Assembly (NCBI GenBank): GCA_964016885.1
Contig: OZ024741.1
Location: forward strand, 397,978,001 to 398,042,000
Length of the DNA stretch: 64,000 nucleotides
Reading direction: 5' to 3'
Source: Eledone cirrhosa
Taxonomy: Eukaryota
Below are positions 59,893 through 64,000 of this stretch, piece after piece (positions within the stretch are counted from its first letter, which is position 1; every line of letters starts with the position of its first letter). The notes under the pieces are model-generated. The model did no database searches and was not told the origin of the DNA. It saw only the letters and a program-made list of their open reading frames with translations. The translations under genes were made by a program, and so were the position numbers.

Positions 59893-62800
59893 TCACAACC
59901 TATTACATTACAGTTACTTCCCCTGTCACTTCTACTCTCCTCTCACAACCTATTACTTTACAGTTACTTCCCCTGTCACAACCTATTACATTACAGTTAC
60001 TTCCCCTGTCACTTCTACTCTCCTCTCACAACCTATTACATTACAGTTACTTACCCTCTCACAACCTATTACTTTACAGTTACTTCCCCTGTCACTTCTA
60101 CTCTTCTCTCACAACCTATTACATTACAGTTACTTCCCCTGTCAGTTCTACTCTCCTCTCACAACCTATTACATTACAGTTACTTCCATTGTCACTTCTA
60201 CTCTCCTCTCACAACCTATTACATTACAGTTACTTCCCCTGTCACTTCTACTCTCCTCTCACAACCTATTACATTACAGTTACTTACCCTGTCACTTCTA
60301 CTCTCCTCTCACAACCTATTACTTTACAGTTACTTACCCTGTCACAACCTATTACATTACAGTTACTTACCCTGTCACAACCTATTACATTACAGTTACT
60401 TACCCTGTCACAACCTATTACATTACAGTTACTTACCCTGTCACTTCTACTCTCCTCTCACAACCTATTACTTTACAGTTACTTACCCTGTCACAACCTA
60501 TTACTTTACAGTTACTTCCCCTGTCACTTCTACTCTCCTCGCACAACCTATTACTTTACAGTTACTTCCCCTGTCACTTCTACTCTCCTCTCACAACCTA
60601 TTACATTACAGTTACTTCCCCTGTCACTTCTACTCTCCTCTCACAACCTATTACATTACAGTTACTTCCCCTGTCACTTCTACTCTCCTCTCACAACCTA
60701 TTACATTACAGTTACTTCCCCTGTCACTTCTACTCTCCTCTCACAACCTATTACTTTACAGGTACTTACCCTGTCACAACCTATTACATTACAGTTACTT
60801 CCCCTGTCACTTCTACTCTCCTCTCACAACCTATTACTTTACAGTTACTTACCCTGTCACAACCTATTACATTACAGTTACTTCCCCTGTCACTTCTACT
60901 CTCCTCTCACAACCTATTACATTACAGTTACTTCCCCTGTCACAACCTATTACATTACAGTTACTTCCCCTGTCACTTCTACTCTCCTCTCACAACATAT
61001 TACTTTACAGTTACTTCCCCTGTCACTTCTACTCTCCTCTCACAACCTATTACATTACAGTTACTTCCCCTGTCACTTCTACTCTACTCTCACAACCTAT
61101 TACATTACAGTTACTTCCCCTGTCACTTCTACTCTCCTCTCACAACCTATTACTTTACAGTTACTTCCCCTGTCACTTCTACTCTCGTCTCACAATCTAT
61201 TACATTACAGTTACTTCCCCTGTCACTTCTACTCTCCGCTCACAACCTATTACATTACAGTTACTTCCCCTGTCACTTCTACTCTCCTCTCACGACCTAT
61301 TACTTTACAGTTACTTCCCCTGTCACTTCTACTCTCCTCTCACAACCTATTACTTTACAGTTACTTCCCCTGTCACTTCTACTCTCCTCTCACAACCTAT
61401 TACATTACAGTTACTTCCCCTGTCACTTCTACTCTCCTCTCACAACCTATTACATTACAGTTACTTCCCCTGTCACTTCTACTCTCCTCTCACAACCTAT
61501 TACATTACAGTTACTTCCCCTGTCACTTCTACTCTCCTCTCACAACCTATTACATTACAGTTACTTCCCCTGTCACTTCTACTCTCCTCTCACAACCTAT
61601 TACTTTACAGTTACTTCCCCTGTCACAACCTATTACATTACAGTTACTTCCCCTGTCACTTCTACTCTCCTCTCACAACCTATTACATTACAGTTACTTA
61701 CCCTCTCACAACCTATTACTTTACAGTTACTTCCCCTGTCACTTCTACTCTTCTCTCACAACCTATTACATTACAGTTACTTCCCCTGTCAGTTCTACTC
61801 TCCTCTCACAACCTATTACATTACAGTTACTTCCATTGTCACTTCTACTCTCCTCTCACAACCTATTACATTACAGTTACTTCCCCTGTCACTTCTACTC
61901 TCCTCTCACAACCTATTACATTACAGTTACTTACCCTGTCACTTCTACTCTCCTCTCACAACCTATTACTTTACAGTTACTTACCCTGTCACAACCTATT
62001 ACATTACAGTTACTTACCCTGTCACAACCTATTACATTACAGTTACTTACCCTGTCACAACCTATTACATTACAGTTACTTACCCTGTCACTTCTACTCT
62101 CCTCTCACAACCTATTACTTTACAGTTACTTACCCTGTCACAACCTATTACTTTACAGTTACTTCCCCTGTCACTTCTACTCTCCTCACACAACCTATTA
62201 CTTTACAGTTACTTCCCCTGTCACTTCTACTCTCCTCTCACAACCTATTACATTACAGTTACTTCCCCTGTCACTTCTACTCTCCTCTCACAACCTATTA
62301 CATTACAGTTACTTCCCCTGTCACTTCTACTCTCCTCTCACAACCTATTACATTACAGTTACTTCCCCTGTCACTTCTACTCTCCTCTCACAACCTATTA
62401 CTTTACAGGTACTTACCCTGTCACAACCTATTACATTACAGTTACTTCCCCTGTCACTTCTACTCTCCTCTCACAACCTATTACTTTACAGTTACTTACC
62501 CTGTCACAACCTATTACATTACAGTTACTTCCCCTGTCACTTCTACTCTCCTCTCACAACCTATTACATTACAGTTACTTCCCCTGTCACAACCTATTAC
62601 ATTACAGTTACTTCCCCTGTCACTTCTACTCTCCTCTCACAACATATTACTTTACAGTTACTTCCCCTGTCACTTCTACTCTCCTCTCACAACCTATTAC
62701 ATTACAGTTACTTCCCCTGTCACTTCTACTCTACTCTCACAACCTATTACATTACAGTTACTTCCCCTGTCACTTCTACTCTCCTCTCACAACCTATTAC

Positions 62801-63273
62801 TTTACAGTTACTTCCCCTGTCACTTCTACTCTCGTCTCACAATCTATTACATTACAGTTACTTCCCCTGTCACTTCTACTCTCCGCTCACAACCTATTAC
62901 ATTACAGTTACTTCCCCTGTCACTTCTACTCTCCTCTCACGACCTATTACTTTACAGTTACTTCCCCTGTCACTTCTACTCTCCTCTCACAACCTATTAC
63001 TTTACAGTTACTTCCCCTGTCACTTCTACTCTCCTCTCACAACCTATTACATTACAGTTACTTCCCCTGTCACTTCTACTCTCCTCTCACAACCTATTAC
63101 ATTACAGTTACTTCCCCTGTCACTTCTACTCTCCTCTCACAACCTATTACATTACAGTTACTTCCCCTGTCACTTCTACTCTCCTCTCACAACCTATTAC
63201 ATTACAGTTACTTCCCCTGTCACTTCTACTCTCCTCTCACAACCTATTACTTTACAGTTACTTCCCCTGTCAC
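59893..63273. repeat. Near-perfect tandem duplication, period 1647 bp (2 copies), with an older related copy at ~57.35-59.3 kb
   Basis: TTCCATTG 60188/61835, CAGGTAC 60762/62409 and GTCAGTT 60145/61792 are offset +1647. The older copy has GTCAGTT at 57650 and CAGGTAC at 58500. Confidence 0.92.
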
Positions 63274-64000
63274 TTCTACTCTCCTCTCACAACCTATTAC
63301 ATTACAGTTACTTCCCCTGTCACTTCTACTCTCCTCTCACAACCTATTACATTACAGTTACTTCCCCTGTCACTTCTACTCTCCTCTCACAACCTATTAC
63401 TTTACAGTTACTTACCCTGTCACAACCTAATACATTACAGTTACTTCCCCTGTCACTTCTACTCTCCTCTCACAACCTATTACTTTACAGTTACTTACCC
63501 TGTCACAACCTATTACATTACAGTTACTTCCCCTGTCACTTCTACTCTCCTCTCACAACCTATTACTTTACAGTTACTTACCCTGTCACAACCTATTACA
63601 TTACAGTTACTTCCCCTGTCACTTCTACTCTCCTCTCACAACCTATTACATTACAGTTACTTCCCCTGTCACAACCTATTACATTACAGTTACTTCCCCT
63701 GTCACTTCTACTCTCCTCTCACAACCTATTACATTACAGTTACTTACCCTCTCACAACCTATTACTTTACAGTTACTTCCCCTGTCACTTCTACTCTCCT
63801 CTCACAACCTATTACATTACAGTTACTTCCCCTGTCACTTCTACTCTCCTCTCACAACCTATTACATTACAGTTACTTCCCCTGTCACTTCTACTCTCCT
63901 CTCACAACCTATTACATTACAGTTACTTCCCCTGTCACTTCTACTCTCCTCTCACAACCTATTACATTACAGTTACTTACCCTGTCACTTCTACTCTCCT

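Larger units (their letters stand above)
1..64000. repeat. Tandem satellite array of mixed 50-bp (A+B) and 33-bp (A) monomers, all head-to-tail in one orientation
   Basis: The sequence parses throughout as TCACAACCTATTAC[A/T]TTACAGTTACTT[C/A]CCCTG optionally followed by TCACTTCTACTCTCCTC. I saw only scattered SNVs and 1-4 bp indels, and no inversions or unique inserts. Confidence 0.99.

Noticed and set aside
31351-63273. Similar periods 1646 bp (31351/32997) and 1647 bp (60188/61835) as one conserved HOR
   Set aside because: The marker sets are different, and both lengths are reachable as different sums of 50 and 33, so this is probably coincidence.
1-64000. CRISPR array (33-bp repeat resembles direct-repeat length)
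   Set aside because: There are no unique spacers (the intervening sequence is a constant 17-mer or nothing), and no leader or cas genes.
1-64000. Canonical telomerase repeat (TTAGG/TTAGGG)
   Set aside because: There is only one TAGG-like word per monomer. The 33/50-bp units and copied kb-scale variant patterns indicate recombinational amplification rather than templated addition.
1-64000. G-quadruplex/i-motif or H-DNA elements
   Set aside because: There is only one G3-4 tract per 33-50 bp, so loops would be about 30-46 nt. The mirror repeat CTCTCCTCTC is only 10 bp. Neither meets the usual criteria.
1-64000. U1 snRNA gene, tRNA, rRNA or structured ncRNA
   Set aside because: Only an 8-nt match (TACTTACC) to the U1 5' end exists, and the G-poor strand has almost no self-pairing capacity.
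1-64000. Monomer order as a functional digital message, DGR or antigenic-variation cassette store
   Set aside because: There is no associated enzyme, expression site or target in the window, and the pattern is adequately explained by duplication and conversion history.
1-64000. Rolling-circle or sequencing concatemer artefact for the whole array
   Set aside because: Hierarchically shared, ordered variants at several divergence levels indicate real evolutionary history, although individual perfect duplications still need read validation.

Overview
The whole 64-kb window is one uninterrupted tandem-repeat (satellite/minisatellite-type) array, with no unique sequence and both ends running off the window. 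It is built from two modules: A (33 bp, TCACAACCTATTAC[A/T]TTACAGTTACTT[C/A]CCCTG) and B (17 bp, TCACTTCTACTCTCCTC). These form 50-bp (A+B) and 33-bp (A only) monomers, roughly 1,400 in total by my estimate. The + strand is C-rich and G-poor (19 C and 2 G per 50-mer), and the consensus has no stop codon in any + frame. This fully explains the long, low-complexity ORFs in the track, which I do not call as genes. Rare point variants act as barcodes and reveal nested higher-order structure. There are near-perfect tandem duplications of 5382, 4833, 2296, 1647 and 233 bp, and older diverged periodicities of about 3.5/7.1 kb, 3972 bp and 15.7 kb. I find no supportable CDS, RNA gene, CRISPR array or transposon, and the organism cannot be identified from the sequence. 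A eukaryotic heterochromatic, centromeric or subtelomeric origin is the most likely interpretation but is inference only.
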